The notes under the pieces: generated by a model
Seen by the model: the letters and a program-made list of their open reading frames with translations, nothing else
Database searches by the model: none
What the model was told of the DNA's origin: nothing
Program-made: the position numbers and the translations under genes
Assembly (NCBI GenBank): GCA_000004985.1
Contig: GG738911.1
Length of the DNA stretch: 64,000 nucleotides
Source: Naegleria gruberi
Taxonomy: Eukaryota
Reading direction: 5' to 3' (one strand)
Shown here: one piece after another, positions 23,209 to 33,257 of the stretch
Layout of the letters: every line of letters begins with the position of its first letter
Position numbering within the stretch: position 1 is the first letter of the stretch

Positions 23209-25068
23209 ATGTTGCCAACCTACGCTTCGGAACGGCCAAACCAAGACCTCCACACACGAAGGAATGCACCATTAACAAATTCAATCAATAATTCATCATC
23301 ACGAACGACCGATATGGAAAATCCATCATCTTTGAATTTTCCAACAATTTCTCATCAATTCACATTTAAACAAAAAGTTTTACGAATTGTAAAATTGTTT
23401 GTGTTGATTATTGTGGCAATTGTTGTGTTGCATGTGATGATGCACTATTTGGAGTTTAAATTCTTTAATAATTCGACACATAGAAAGGAACAAATACGAA
23501 TCTATGAGCAAATTACGAATCTATTGACTAATCCGGACCAAACCAAGGAAGGTTCATATGGATGGTATAGAAAACAACTGGATAAGAAGAATCAACTAGG
23601 AAATACACTATTTAAAGATCCAATAATGACTAAATTGGGGTTTCAAGAGACACACACAACGAGTGCTGAATTATTTCCATATTTCAGAACTATTAACACA
23701 ACTGAAGAGTGTAGGAATCAACATTCTTGTAGATTTTATGCAGACAAGACAGCAGGAGAGTTCTTGAAAGAGGGAGTGGAATTGGATGCAGTTTTGCAAC
23801 ATTGTCAATATAAGGATCCATACTTTTTAAATTCTGAAAGTGATGAAGCAAAAATTGTGAATGAATTTCAGTTTAATGTTGTGAATTCGAATATGAATTT
23901 GAGGAGGGAGAAATTGGTTGGAGATGAAGAGGCACTTTTACATCACTCTCATCAGTTGGATAATTTATTTGGTGAAAAGATTTGGAGAGGAATGAGAAGA
24001 TTGTCAATTATCATGTGTAGTGAGGCTCGTGTTCATGAACTCGTTGGTGGAATTACACAACATGCAGATAGCTATTGGTCAAAGCAAAGATTTGCACGTT
24101 CCACAGCCGACATTTCCATTTGCTTCCTTTCCACATGTTCTGTTTGGATCAATTACCATTATCAGGATATGAGTCTTTCCAAGTCAAAGGAATTTGGAAC
24201 TAAACCATTCAAAAAAAATAAGGGAATTTGTGCTTTTATTTCAAATTGTGATCAAGCTGGTTGCACTGATTTGAAACAAAGATTTGAACTCTTGAATACA
24301 CTCTCAAAATACATTCCAGTGAGACAATATGGTAGATGTGGAAAGAATGCACAAGAAGGACCAGGTGGTAAAACATTTGAAATTGAAAATAATTGTCGAT
24401 TCTATTATGCAGCTGAAAATTCAATTGCCAAAGATTATGTTACTGAGAAATTCTTTGAAGGATTGAGAGCTCTCGAGCACGGATCGAAAGTATTAATGCT
24501 CTACAGAGGTGCTCCAAATTTGAGACAAGATTGGGGTATTCCAAAGAGTCTCTACTTGGATCATAATGATTTTGAATCTGTGGATGCATTGGGTCAATAT
24601 TTGAAGAAATTGAATGATGATGATAATGCCTTTGAAGAACGGTTCAGTAAAATTACAATGCAAGAAAGAAAGAAGGTTGATAAGGCACTTGCAGCATTCA
24701 ATCCACGTCTTGGATCAAACATTCCATGTAGAATTTGCAGTGTAATTGGAGAAATGAAATTGGCACGTTATTTACTCTTCAAAATTGGATTAAAGACAAG
24801 TAGAGCTAAGGTCAACCTGAACGAGTGGAATGAATTTAAATCTAAATTCAATCTTTCAGAGGAAAGAGTGAAAATATTGGACGATATTTATCATACTGCC
24901 TATGGAATCTTCCAATCTGCAAACAATAAGGAAAATAGATTTAATTTGGGATGGGATTTCGGGAGGAAGGATGAAGTACAGCACACAGAGGGAGAGGGGG
25001 TTGGTTCTGGTGACAGAAAATTCTCTGGTCTTGTGGTTAAGCGAAATAATAAACGAAAATTACTCTAA
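23209..25068 (+). CDS. GT10 alpha-1,3-fucosyltransferase-like type II membrane protein (paralog A)
   Basis: 619 aa. The N-terminal TM is 'LRIVKLFVLIIVAIVVLHVMMHYL'. The C-terminal catalytic region has the alpha-1,3-FucT motif 'FYYAAENSIAKDYVTEKFFEGL' (compare FYLAFENSxxxDYITEK). The C-terminal ~250 aa are nearly identical to gene 43780-45741. Confidence 0.7.
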   Translation: MLPTYASERPNQDLHTRRNAPLTNSINNSSSRTTDMENPSSLNFPTISHQFTFKQKVLRIVKLFVLIIVAIVVLHVMMHYLEFKFFNNSTHRKEQIRIYEQITNLLTNPDQTKEGSYGWYRKQLDKKNQLGNTLFKDPIMTKLGFQETHTTSAELFPYFRTINTTEECRNQHSCRFYADKTAGEFLKEGVELDAVLQHCQYKDPYFLNSESDEAKIVNEFQFNVVNSNMNLRREKLVGDEEALLHHSHQLDNLFGEKIWRGMRRLSIIMCSEARVHELVGGITQHADSYWSKQRFARSTADISICFLSTCSVWINYHYQDMSLSKSKEFGTKPFKKNKGICAFISNCDQAGCTDLKQRFELLNTLSKYIPVRQYGRCGKNAQEGPGGKTFEIENNCRFYYAAENSIAKDYVTEKFFEGLRALEHGSKVLMLYRGAPNLRQDWGIPKSLYLDHNDFESVDALGQYLKKLNDDDNAFEERFSKITMQERKKVDKALAAFNPRLGSNIPCRICSVIGEMKLARYLLFKIGLKTSRAKVNLNEWNEFKSKFNLSEERVKILDDIYHTAYGIFQSANNKENRFNLGWDFGRKDEVQHTEGEGVGSGDRKFSGLVVKRNNKRKLL

Positions 25069-25179
25069 CAAATAAATTGTCCCTATCATGTTCAATGTAA
25101 CAATTTAAAAAGTTATTGACAACAATTTTTCACAGCAATAACTGGAAATTGTAATCAACAAAAAATCATAGAAAAAAAA

Positions 25180-25866
25180 ATGTCTCAAAGCAATAACACC
25201 ACCAATTACGCCTCTCCAATCATTGCCAATCTTCCACGAGGCTGGATTAATTTCGAAGGCTCCATTCCCAATAGAACTCCACTCCACTCCTATGGCATGT
25301 ATGAAAATTATGATCATTCCGAGTTGCCAGCCTTTCCTCAAGATACCAACTATAATGAATCATTGGTAAAGTGTGGGGCCATCAGTACTACCACCCCGAA
25401 TAATAATAATCTTACTCAATTGGTTGATCCAAATATTCCGAATGTTTTGAAACAATTATTTAGTGATCAAAGTTTCTTTGGCAGTAAGAATGGAGTTTGT
25501 CATTATTGGTTGAGAGATATGATTGGGCCATTGGATGTCTATTTGCCAAATAATCAATTTGTTTTGTATCCTTTCTATCATGATCAACAATCGTGTATGA
25601 CTTGGTTTGCATTGTGTGATTTGACAGTTACTGATCCAACTAAAATTGGAAGTACTGAAAAACCATGTGTTGTTTCTGGGTTGAGTGGTGAAGATATTGA
25701 GGCAGATGAAGATTTCTTTCCAAATGTTTTGAGATTGACAAGTTTTGTGTTAGTTGCTGATACCATTGAAGAGTTTGTGTGGAGAGAAGGAATTGAGGCT
25801 GAAATCAGCAATCCGAATGGAAATTTGAGTACTGAAGCTCAAAATTATCTTCAAGAATATCAATAA
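25180..25866 (+). CDS. hypothetical protein
   Basis: 228-aa ORF with an aaaaaaaaATG context. I recognise no motif. Confidence 0.4.
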   Translation: MSQSNNTTNYASPIIANLPRGWINFEGSIPNRTPLHSYGMYENYDHSELPAFPQDTNYNESLVKCGAISTTTPNNNNLTQLVDPNIPNVLKQLFSDQSFFGSKNGVCHYWLRDMIGPLDVYLPNNQFVLYPFYHDQQSCMTWFALCDLTVTDPTKIGSTEKPCVVSGLSGEDIEADEDFFPNVLRLTSFVLVADTIEEFVWREGIEAEISNPNGNLSTEAQNYLQEYQ

Positions 25867-25896
25867 ATTGGCTATTTCAAATAATTAGGAAATGAT

Positions 25897-26271
25897 TTAA
25901 CTTGTTTCCAGGCCTTTACTTGTTCTTGTTTTAATTTTGACAAGTTCAACATCTTCTCTCAAACTTTCTGATGCAAATTCTAAAAGTGTGCCTCTATGTT
26001 GTACAGCTATCAGTACAACCTCCTTATTGTTCTTAATGTTAATTGGTGCAAATTGTAGAGAGTCTGGATTTGCAGAGATGGCTCTCTTTGAGAATTTCAC
26101 ATTTCTTCTCAATAATTCTGATGCATTCTCATAGGATCCGACTTGTTTCCACAATTCTTCAATAATCATTTCATTTTCCATCAAGTCTTTCGATAGATAT
26201 TTAATGACAGATTCGCCATAAGTTTTGATTGCTAAACAGACTATTTCAATATATTTTAACCTCTTGATCAA
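25897..26271 (-). pseudogene. short DUF4116-like repeat fragment, either an exon of an unresolved gene or a relic
   Basis: The translation contains 'NKEVVLIAVQHRGTLLEFASESLREDVELVKI', which matches the repeat consensus of the neighbouring repeat-protein family. No in-frame ATG sits at the ORF start (the track start is TTG). Confidence 0.3.
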
Positions 26272-26396
26272 CTGGTTTGTATAAAATCTTTCATAATTAC
26301 CATTTTTTTATGATTTCTGAAAAATGAATTTGACACGTTTGTGTTTCGTCCACTTTATTAATAGATTAGTTCTAAGAAATAATTTCAATGTAATCG

Positions 26397-27790
26397 TTAC
26401 CGTCTAGGAGGTGAGTCAGTATAGACTTCAGTGATCACACCAAAAACACAAATATTACCATTATCCCACATTAGAAACCTTCCAAATGGAGGATAAGAAT
26501 AAACCGTAGCAACATAGATTTGATTTTTTGGTTTCAGAAGAACGGTAGCATATTGACCTTTTCTGAGCTCCATTGGATTTTCATCTCTCTCATATCTTTT
26601 AATCGTATTGGAGGAGACATAAAAATCCTTGAATTTACAGCTGGTTTGTAGTGAGTGAATATTAAATGTGGGATTGTACCCTCTTCGAAATGGTGACTCT
26701 CTCAATACAGCAATATCTGCCTTGAAACTATGTACTTCTTTAGCATAATCATTATTAAAATCTGATAATACCATTCCAGGTTTAACGTTTGAAGGATTCA
26801 AACTTGTTTTCAATTGGATGGTTACCAATTGACCTGCTTTTGCTTCCCTGACAAGTTTTCTGCAAATTGCAATGGATTCAATTTTCATGGAGGGAGGAAA
26901 TTGTTTCTTGTGGGGAGTGAGTCTAATTTCTGTTTCCAATTTCAAAATTCCAGTTTCAATTTTTCCAAACACAACCAATGCACCTTTCAAATTAAAAACC
27001 TTTGAAATTGAAATTCGAAGTGGTAAATCGTACCTGTAGAGAGGTGCCTTTAGAGAATTGATAGCATCCAAAAGACAAGGTCTACCACCTTTATACCATT
27101 CCATTTTACTGCCACACGCTGGTTCCAAAATATTATCATCATTATGATTTCCCAATAATGATGACAAGGCAGAAATTGGAATTACTGTAGCATTTCCATT
27201 CTTATATCCATTGTTCTTGTATATTTTAGTGATTTCACTCTTAATTTCCATAAATCTTGTTTTAGAATAATCAACACTCTCCATCTTATTCACACAGAAA
27301 ATCAATTGAATTGATCCGAGACAATATGTGGCTCTAATCATTGTTGTAATATTTGGAATTCCAGCTTCAAAGGCTCCAATTTCAGCATCCAACACAACAA
27401 TTCCAATATTTGCTTGTGATATTCCTCTAAACATACTTTTCAAAAATGGATTCGCTTTTTATCATCATCATTACCACATATATTTAAATTAATCAAATTT
27501 TCCTAATTACCTGGAGCATCAATAATATTTAAATGAAAATGTTTAGTTTCGGCCATGCTGTAAACTAAATTCATTGTTCTTCCTCTCTTAATTTCATCCT
27601 TCGTTCTCGATAACACGCTTGCATAGTTTCGAATAGAATCAGACGAATCTAATTGCATGCCAGATTCTACTCGTTCCATGATTGAAGAATTGATAGTCCC
27701 GAGGGAGTGTAGTAATTGTACGGCCAATGTTGTTTTACCAGAATTAGCTTGACCAAGAATAATCACACTCAGTGTTGGCTTTTCAAGCAT
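26397..27790 (-). CDS. EF1A/HBS1/eRF3-family translational GTPase paralog with a degenerate switch-II catalytic motif
   Basis: Two exons: join(27790..27511, 27454..26397). The intron at 27455-27510 runs gtaatt...aaaaag and is phase 1. The G1 motif is 'GQANSGKTT'. The join gives 'DAPG-A-NPFLKSMFRGISQANIGIVVLDAEIGAFEAGI' where EF1A has '[37 protein letters not shown]'. Also present are 'CVNKM' (NKxD) and the downstream beta-barrel domains II/III. Confidence 0.7.
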
Positions 27791-27810
27791 TTTTTTTTGT
27801 TGTAAAGTTT

Positions 27811-27824
27811 ATTGCACGTGCAAT
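27811..27824. promoter_or_regulatory. 14-bp perfect palindrome ATTGCACGTGCAAT containing a CACGTG core, 21-34 bp upstream of the ATG of the EF1A-like gene
   Basis: Read directly from the sequence. Its position relative to the 27790 start codon suggests a promoter or 5'UTR element. Confidence 0.3.
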
Positions 27825-28602
27825 TTTGACATTGAAACATATATCTACCAACAGTTGTCATTATGAAAAAATAATGTATGTGAATAGAACCAATCAGGCG
27901 AAAAAAATCTTTTGACAAACCATGCAAAAAAAACTGTTCGCATAATTAAGCTCATAATGCTAAAAAATATCTTTGGACATATATATCCTTAGTTATAATC
28001 AATCAACAAGAACTTGGAAAAATATTGACAACAAGTAAGTCCATCCCGACTCGGTTGATTCTTGGAGAATGATTTAAATAGTAGTATTAATAGTAATTTT
28101 TGGAATTTAATTGTTCATCATGATTTGGAAATAATTTTATTATTTGGAAAAATTCAAGTTGGTACCAACCATCATCGGAACAACAACCAACCTGATCATC
28201 ATTGTTATTTACCATCATTATAATATTTGTGGAAATAAATCTGATAATAATAATATTTTAGTATAACATGAATGTTTTGTAAACTTGATAAAATGTTCTT
28301 TTTATAAACGAATAAAGATATTTGAGTAATGTGGAGAAAAACTGTCTTTATTTTGAATCTTGTGAATTTGAATTACCTAAAGATCTCAATAGTGAAAATT
28401 GGTATTTTAAAAGTGAATGGATAATTTTCATCTTTTTCACAATTTGAAAATAATTTCCAAAATTGGAAATTAGACAACTTGGGTGATTGAGTTTCATTTT
28501 CACAAATCATTGAATCTCAGCCATCCTCATGCCGAAACAGTATAAATTGGCTCATCAGACGAAACATTGACTTTCAAACAATCACAAAAAAAACAAAACA
28601 AA

Positions 28603-29733
28603 ATGTATTCGAATATCAAAACTATCCGAAACACCTTGAGCAACTTGTTGCTCCTCACTCTCCTTACATTGACTTTCATCAACTGTTCCTCAATGCAAAC
28701 CAATCTCTTTCCCTCCAATTCTAGAGCAATCAACGTTGCTGGTGGCACATCAGTGTCATCTGCCAATGAATTTCCACATATGGTCAGCATTCAATACTAC
28801 TCGAGCTCATCAGTTGCCACAGGAATCCACTTCTGTGCAGGAACCATCATATCCCCTCTCCACATTGTCACTGCTTCTCACTGTGATATTGGTGTCACTT
28901 TAGATAAATTGAGAATTATTGCTGGGAATTCGAATAATCAATGCACCGCTAGTTCAACATCATGCACGATTCGTACAGTTACCAAATTCACAAAGCATCC
29001 AAATTATGACAGTTCTACCATTAAGAATGATATTGCAATCATTGAATTGGATCAACCAATTCCATTGGACGGAGTTAGAGCAGTTGCCGCCAAAATTGAG
29101 AATTTGACATTGGATCAATTTCTTTCATCTAGTTCTAGCTCAATGGTAAATATTGCTGGTTGGGGAAGAACTACAACTCAATCAAGCGTTCAAGTGATTC
29201 AGAAGGCTATGGTTCCAATTTCGCCAGTTTCAGTTTGTAACGCCAAAAATTTGGGAGTTTCGTCTCCAAATCAAATATGTGCTGGTAATGGAAATGGTAT
29301 TGATACTTGTGGTGGTGATAGTGGTGGTCCACTTTTCAGAGTTATTGCTGCAGGAACTGTCAATAACAATTTACCAATCTTTGTCTTGACAGGTGTCGTT
29401 TCTTATGGACCTCCAGGATGTGGTGGATCAAATGTTGGTGCCTACACAAATGCAACTCAATATATCTCATTTATAAGAGAACAAGTTGGTTCCTCATATA
29501 CAGTTGAAAAGTACGGAGATAGTTCAAAGCCAATTATTACTCCAACTCCTGTGCCATCTCCTTCTCCAGTCGTTCCTGTTCCTTCTAATAATGGTAATAA
29601 TCAATCTTGTAAATGCAAGTGGTATTGTAAGAAGGTTAGACAAATGAGGGAAATGAGATTGAGAGGTGGAATGAATGTTGATGAGAGTCAATTTATGAAA
29701 TGGATAAAGTTAAATCCATTCAATAAAATGTAA
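28603..29733 (+). CDS. secreted trypsin-like (S1 family) serine protease with a Pro/Ser-rich linker and a Cys/Lys-rich C-terminal tail
   Basis: Signal peptide 'MYSNIKTIRNTLSNLLLLTLLTLTFINC'. The catalytic triad motifs are 'TASHC' (His), 'DIAIIEL' (Asp) and 'GDSGGPL' (Ser). The track ORF starts at a TTG at 28567, and the first ATG is at 28603. Confidence 0.8.
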   Translation: MYSNIKTIRNTLSNLLLLTLLTLTFINCSSMQTNLFPSNSRAINVAGGTSVSSANEFPHMVSIQYYSSSSVATGIHFCAGTIISPLHIVTASHCDIGVTLDKLRIIAGNSNNQCTASSTSCTIRTVTKFTKHPNYDSSTIKNDIAIIELDQPIPLDGVRAVAAKIENLTLDQFLSSSSSSMVNIAGWGRTTTQSSVQVIQKAMVPISPVSVCNAKNLGVSSPNQICAGNGNGIDTCGGDSGGPLFRVIAAGTVNNNLPIFVLTGVVSYGPPGCGGSNVGAYTNATQYISFIREQVGSSYTVEKYGDSSKPIITPTPVPSPSPVVPVPSNNGNNQSCKCKWYCKKVRQMREMRLRGGMNVDESQFMKWIKLNPFNKM

Positions 29734-29820
29734 ACAAGATTTACAGAAATAGTTCAATAAAATAGTAACAAACTTTAACAAAATCGCACCATTGAAAAAA
29801 TCGAAAAGAAGATAAAAAGA

Positions 29821-29907
29821 TCCGATTATACGGAATCGAACCGCCGACCACAGGATAACAGTTTTTCTTGCTACAGTCCCATGCTCTACCAGCTGAGCTA
29901 TCATCGG
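29821..29907 (-). tRNA. tRNA-Tyr (anticodon GUA) with a 14-nt intron after position 37
   Basis: The reverse complement folds as:
- acceptor CCGATGA
- TA
- D arm GCTC-AGCTGGTA-GAGC
- A
- anticodon stem TGGGA
- loop CU-GUA-G, then intron [CAAGAAAAACTGTT] (29857-29870), then A
- anticodon stem TCCTG
- variable loop TGGTC
- T arm GGCGG-TTCGATT-CCGTA
- acceptor TAATCGG
- discriminator A
There are two G.A mismatches, at 6:67 and 49:65. A T-run (TCTTTTTA) follows the 3' end. Confidence 0.6.
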
Positions 29908-30144
29908 TTATGATATTGTTATTTAATGGTACACAATTATAATATATAAATTATGTCGCAACTACATTTATCTCTTGAGCCATATGACTTTTCAAAATTT
30001 GGTGAATGTTCAAATATTGTAAAGAAGGGTATAAAGAGTATTTAGAGGGTTAACGGATTACACCACAATTCAGCGACCTTTAACACTCATTAATCCTAAA
30101 AAGAAAGAAAGACTCAGCGATTTACGAATCGAAACATAAAAAAA

Positions 30145-31500
30145 ATGCAAATTTCATCCAGCAGCGAACAATGCCTCACATTGTTGGCTGTACTTTTCTT
30201 ACCACTTTTCGTTTATTGCTCAGATTTCGGCAAAATCTACACTGTCTCCAAGTACAACAGTAAACAAGTATACGAAAATATATACGAAAGTTCAACATAT
30301 AACTATCAAGGTTTTCAATCACCCTCTGATTACTACAAGCTTCCTACTGGTATTCAAGTGAGTTTCCGATACCAATTCCAAAATATTGATGATGAAATTT
30401 CCTCATCAGATTCTTTTTCTTTCCAATTTCACAGAGAAACTAAACTAAAGTATTCCATTGACTTTCCACTCATCCAAAACGTTACCATTTTGAACGCAAC
30501 TGTCCTATTAAACGCTAGATTTGGTATTTTCAATGTTGACATTCCCAATCAACTAATTGCCAGAATTGGAGATTTGCACTTTACAAAATTAAATCAAACT
30601 TTGAAGGAAAAAAGTGAATTTGGTGAAGAAATTTCTTCAATTGATGAATTTTCATTGAATTTAAATCTTTCTCAGATATTTACTACCATTAATTCAACAA
30701 CAGTTGCCTTAATTTATAATTTGGGAGATACTGAGCCAAGAAATGTGAAATTTTCACAATGGACGAAACTTTCATGTCCTTCCTCTTATGAGCTAATTGA
30801 AGAAAAGTTGAGAAATTCGAAAGAGTTTACATCTCTTGGATTTGTAGAGGGACCAGTTTCGTATAATGATCCATCAATTCCAAAGTTTAAAATTGAAGAA
30901 ATGAACCAAGTTAGAGTGGAAGATATTCAAGATTCGTATAACAAAAGACCAGGTTTCGAATATACAATTTTGAAGAGCTACATGTTTTATCAAAGTAATA
31001 TCGAGTACGATAATCTATTATCTTCCTATATTAATTTCAACTTTGAATCCAATGGAAATTTCACAGATATTTATGGAAGAAATGTCATAATTGACTTGGC
31101 ATCAATGTCATGTGGAGCTCGTGTCAAATACGGATACAAATTCGGAGATGAGATTAAGGATTATTCATTTGAGGATAAAAGATCCAATGAATACGTTCAA
31201 TGTGATCACGGAACTTTCTTCAATAATTCCTTAATAGTTTTCTATGGGAAAGTTCTGAATGGACCATTACCACCTGTTCCTTATCCATCATTTTCTCCTT
31301 CTCCTTCTCCTCATCCACATTATTCGAAACAAATTGTTTCATCTTCTTCATCTAAAAATGGAAATAATCAATCTGTGATTATTGGTGTGAGTGTTGGCTT
31401 GGGATTATTTGCTTTTTGTGTTGTGATTTCAATCATTTCAATGGTGATTTGTATTGTGGTGAAAAGACGTCAGAAATATGCCTATCAATCCGTTCAATAA
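30145..31500 (+). CDS. type I membrane glycoprotein-like protein: signal peptide, ectodomain, Pro/Ser-rich stalk, single TM, and a short YxxPhi-containing tail
   Basis: 451 aa. The N-terminal signal is 'LTLLAVLFLPLFVYC'. The stalk is 'PPVPYPSFSPSPSPHPH', the TM is 'VIIGVSVGLGLFAFCVVISIISMVICIVV', and the tail is 'KRRQKYAYQSVQ'. Confidence 0.5.
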   Translation: MQISSSSEQCLTLLAVLFLPLFVYCSDFGKIYTVSKYNSKQVYENIYESSTYNYQGFQSPSDYYKLPTGIQVSFRYQFQNIDDEISSSDSFSFQFHRETKLKYSIDFPLIQNVTILNATVLLNARFGIFNVDIPNQLIARIGDLHFTKLNQTLKEKSEFGEEISSIDEFSLNLNLSQIFTTINSTTVALIYNLGDTEPRNVKFSQWTKLSCPSSYELIEEKLRNSKEFTSLGFVEGPVSYNDPSIPKFKIEEMNQVRVEDIQDSYNKRPGFEYTILKSYMFYQSNIEYDNLLSSYINFNFESNGNFTDIYGRNVIIDLASMSCGARVKYGYKFGDEIKDYSFEDKRSNEYVQCDHGTFFNNSLIVFYGKVLNGPLPPVPYPSFSPSPSPHPHYSKQIVSSSSSKNGNNQSVIIGVSVGLGLFAFCVVISIISMVICIVVKRRQKYAYQSVQ

Positions 31501-31669
31501 AATTTAACACGTTCAAATCTGTTTATTGTGATAAAATTATGGAACTATCGAATAATTTGTGTGTGAAAAAGGTTTTGTAAACAATTTAGAGTTTATTTTG
31601 GGTAAGTTTGACGGTTCTCCGCTTTTGCATTGACTTCTAACCGTTGGGGTAAATGGTCCTTTCGTTTAC

Positions 31670-32917
31670 ATGCAATTAATTGGCAATAGAAAACTGAAAC
31701 TTTGGTTGACACTTGTTAAAAAAATGTCAAAAGTCAGCTTGCTTGTTTTTATCATTGTTTTCGCTTGTTTTGTTGGTTGCGTACAAGCTTCTATCCATCT
31801 AGTACCACAAGCAACCAAATCCACTCCAGCTAGTCAAAGTAAACTTGAAGAAACTAAACTAATCATCTTGCCTTCATGGACACAAATATTCGAAACTAGA
31901 CAAATCAATGGACAAACCATCTCACAATACGCCCAACAATATGTCAACTGGGCAGGTGTCATTGGAGGTTCCGTAGCTGGTCTTTTATTTTTAATTATCA
32001 TCTTACCAACAATTATTGCCTGCGTTGCTTTATGCATTGTTGGATGTTGTGTGAAACAAACTAATTCAAACGAAACCGAGTTGGAATCAAAGAATCCATA
32101 CTCTGAGTTACCTACCACATCCATTTCAGGTCAATTGGTCAATGGAACAACTTTATATGATGTCAATTATGCTGATTGTGCAGTTTTCCTTTTTTGGGCA
32201 GTTACATGGATTTTCAGAAAATTAACATGTGGAATTTTTGATTCCATTTTCATTTTGAGAAGAACAAGATTTCGTGTCAGAAAAATGTTGGTTGGAAATC
32301 GGAAATTAGACATGGACATTTCTGATCACTGTTGTCACATTCCATTTCTTCATTATTTGAACGGTTGGCTGAATTTGTACACTTGTGGATTGTGGAGAGT
32401 CTTTGGAATGACCCACAGATTCTATTACAGAAAGATTGATGATAGAATTTATTGGAAACCATTAGAAAGTTCAAAAGAAAATTCAGAAGAAATTCAATGG
32501 ATTGGCTTTAACAATGAAAAAGGTGGCAAAAATCAATTCACATGGTTTAGTATCTATTGTGGATGGAGAATTGAATTAATGTATTGGTTCTTGAAGAGAT
32601 TTGTAAATGTTTTCACATTATTCTTTGCAGGACCATTTATAGAAGCTTGGTATTTAAGGGAAAAGATTCAATTTGCTAAATTTGGAGGGAAGGGAAGTTT
32701 TGCAATTATTCAAAATGGTCAACCAATTTCGATGGTTGCTGGTTCTCCAATGAAATTATCATTTAATTCCATTTTGGATGGATGTTCCTATTTAGGAAGG
32801 TTAGTATTGTTTAGATTTTTGGTAATTGTTTCATGTGGAGTGTTTGCTTGTTGTCCTGGTGAGAGATTTGTATTGTCATTTATTGATGAACATTTGGTAT
32901 TGAATTCTTCTCATTAA
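31670..32917 (+). CDS. hypothetical membrane protein
   Basis: 415-aa ORF. The likely start is the internal ATG at 31724, giving signal 'MSKVSLLVFIIVFACFVGCVQA'. A TM is at 'WAGVIGGSVAGLLFLIIILPTIIACVALCIVGCCV'. I recognise no family. Confidence 0.4.
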   Translation: MQLIGNRKLKLWLTLVKKMSKVSLLVFIIVFACFVGCVQASIHLVPQATKSTPASQSKLEETKLIILPSWTQIFETRQINGQTISQYAQQYVNWAGVIGGSVAGLLFLIIILPTIIACVALCIVGCCVKQTNSNETELESKNPYSELPTTSISGQLVNGTTLYDVNYADCAVFLFWAVTWIFRKLTCGIFDSIFILRRTRFRVRKMLVGNRKLDMDISDHCCHIPFLHYLNGWLNLYTCGLWRVFGMTHRFYYRKIDDRIYWKPLESSKENSEEIQWIGFNNEKGGKNQFTWFSIYCGWRIELMYWFLKRFVNVFTLFFAGPFIEAWYLREKIQFAKFGGKGSFAIIQNGQPISMVAGSPMKLSFNSILDGCSYLGRLVLFRFLVIVSCGVFACCPGERFVLSFIDEHLVLNSSH

Positions 32918-33257
32918 TAAACCAGTACTTTACAATTTTATTAAATATATTTAAAGATGATTACAAAAAAAATGCAAACCCAACAAGAAGGAGCCAATAA
33001 TTGGAAACGAATCATCCTGTTGTTAATCTTGCTCGTTCCTGCCCAGCTATTTATTTATTACTATTATTATTATTTCATCGGAAGATGAAGGCTTTAAATT
33101 TTCATCATCATTAAAATCGGCTGATGAAGAAATTAAAACAATAATCAGTGATCAGCATCATCTTAATGTTGTTGATAAGTTAATATTACTTTCCAATTTT
33201 TCTACTTGTTTTAATTCAGCATCAGCATCGGAAGGAAAATTAATTCTACAAAAATTG

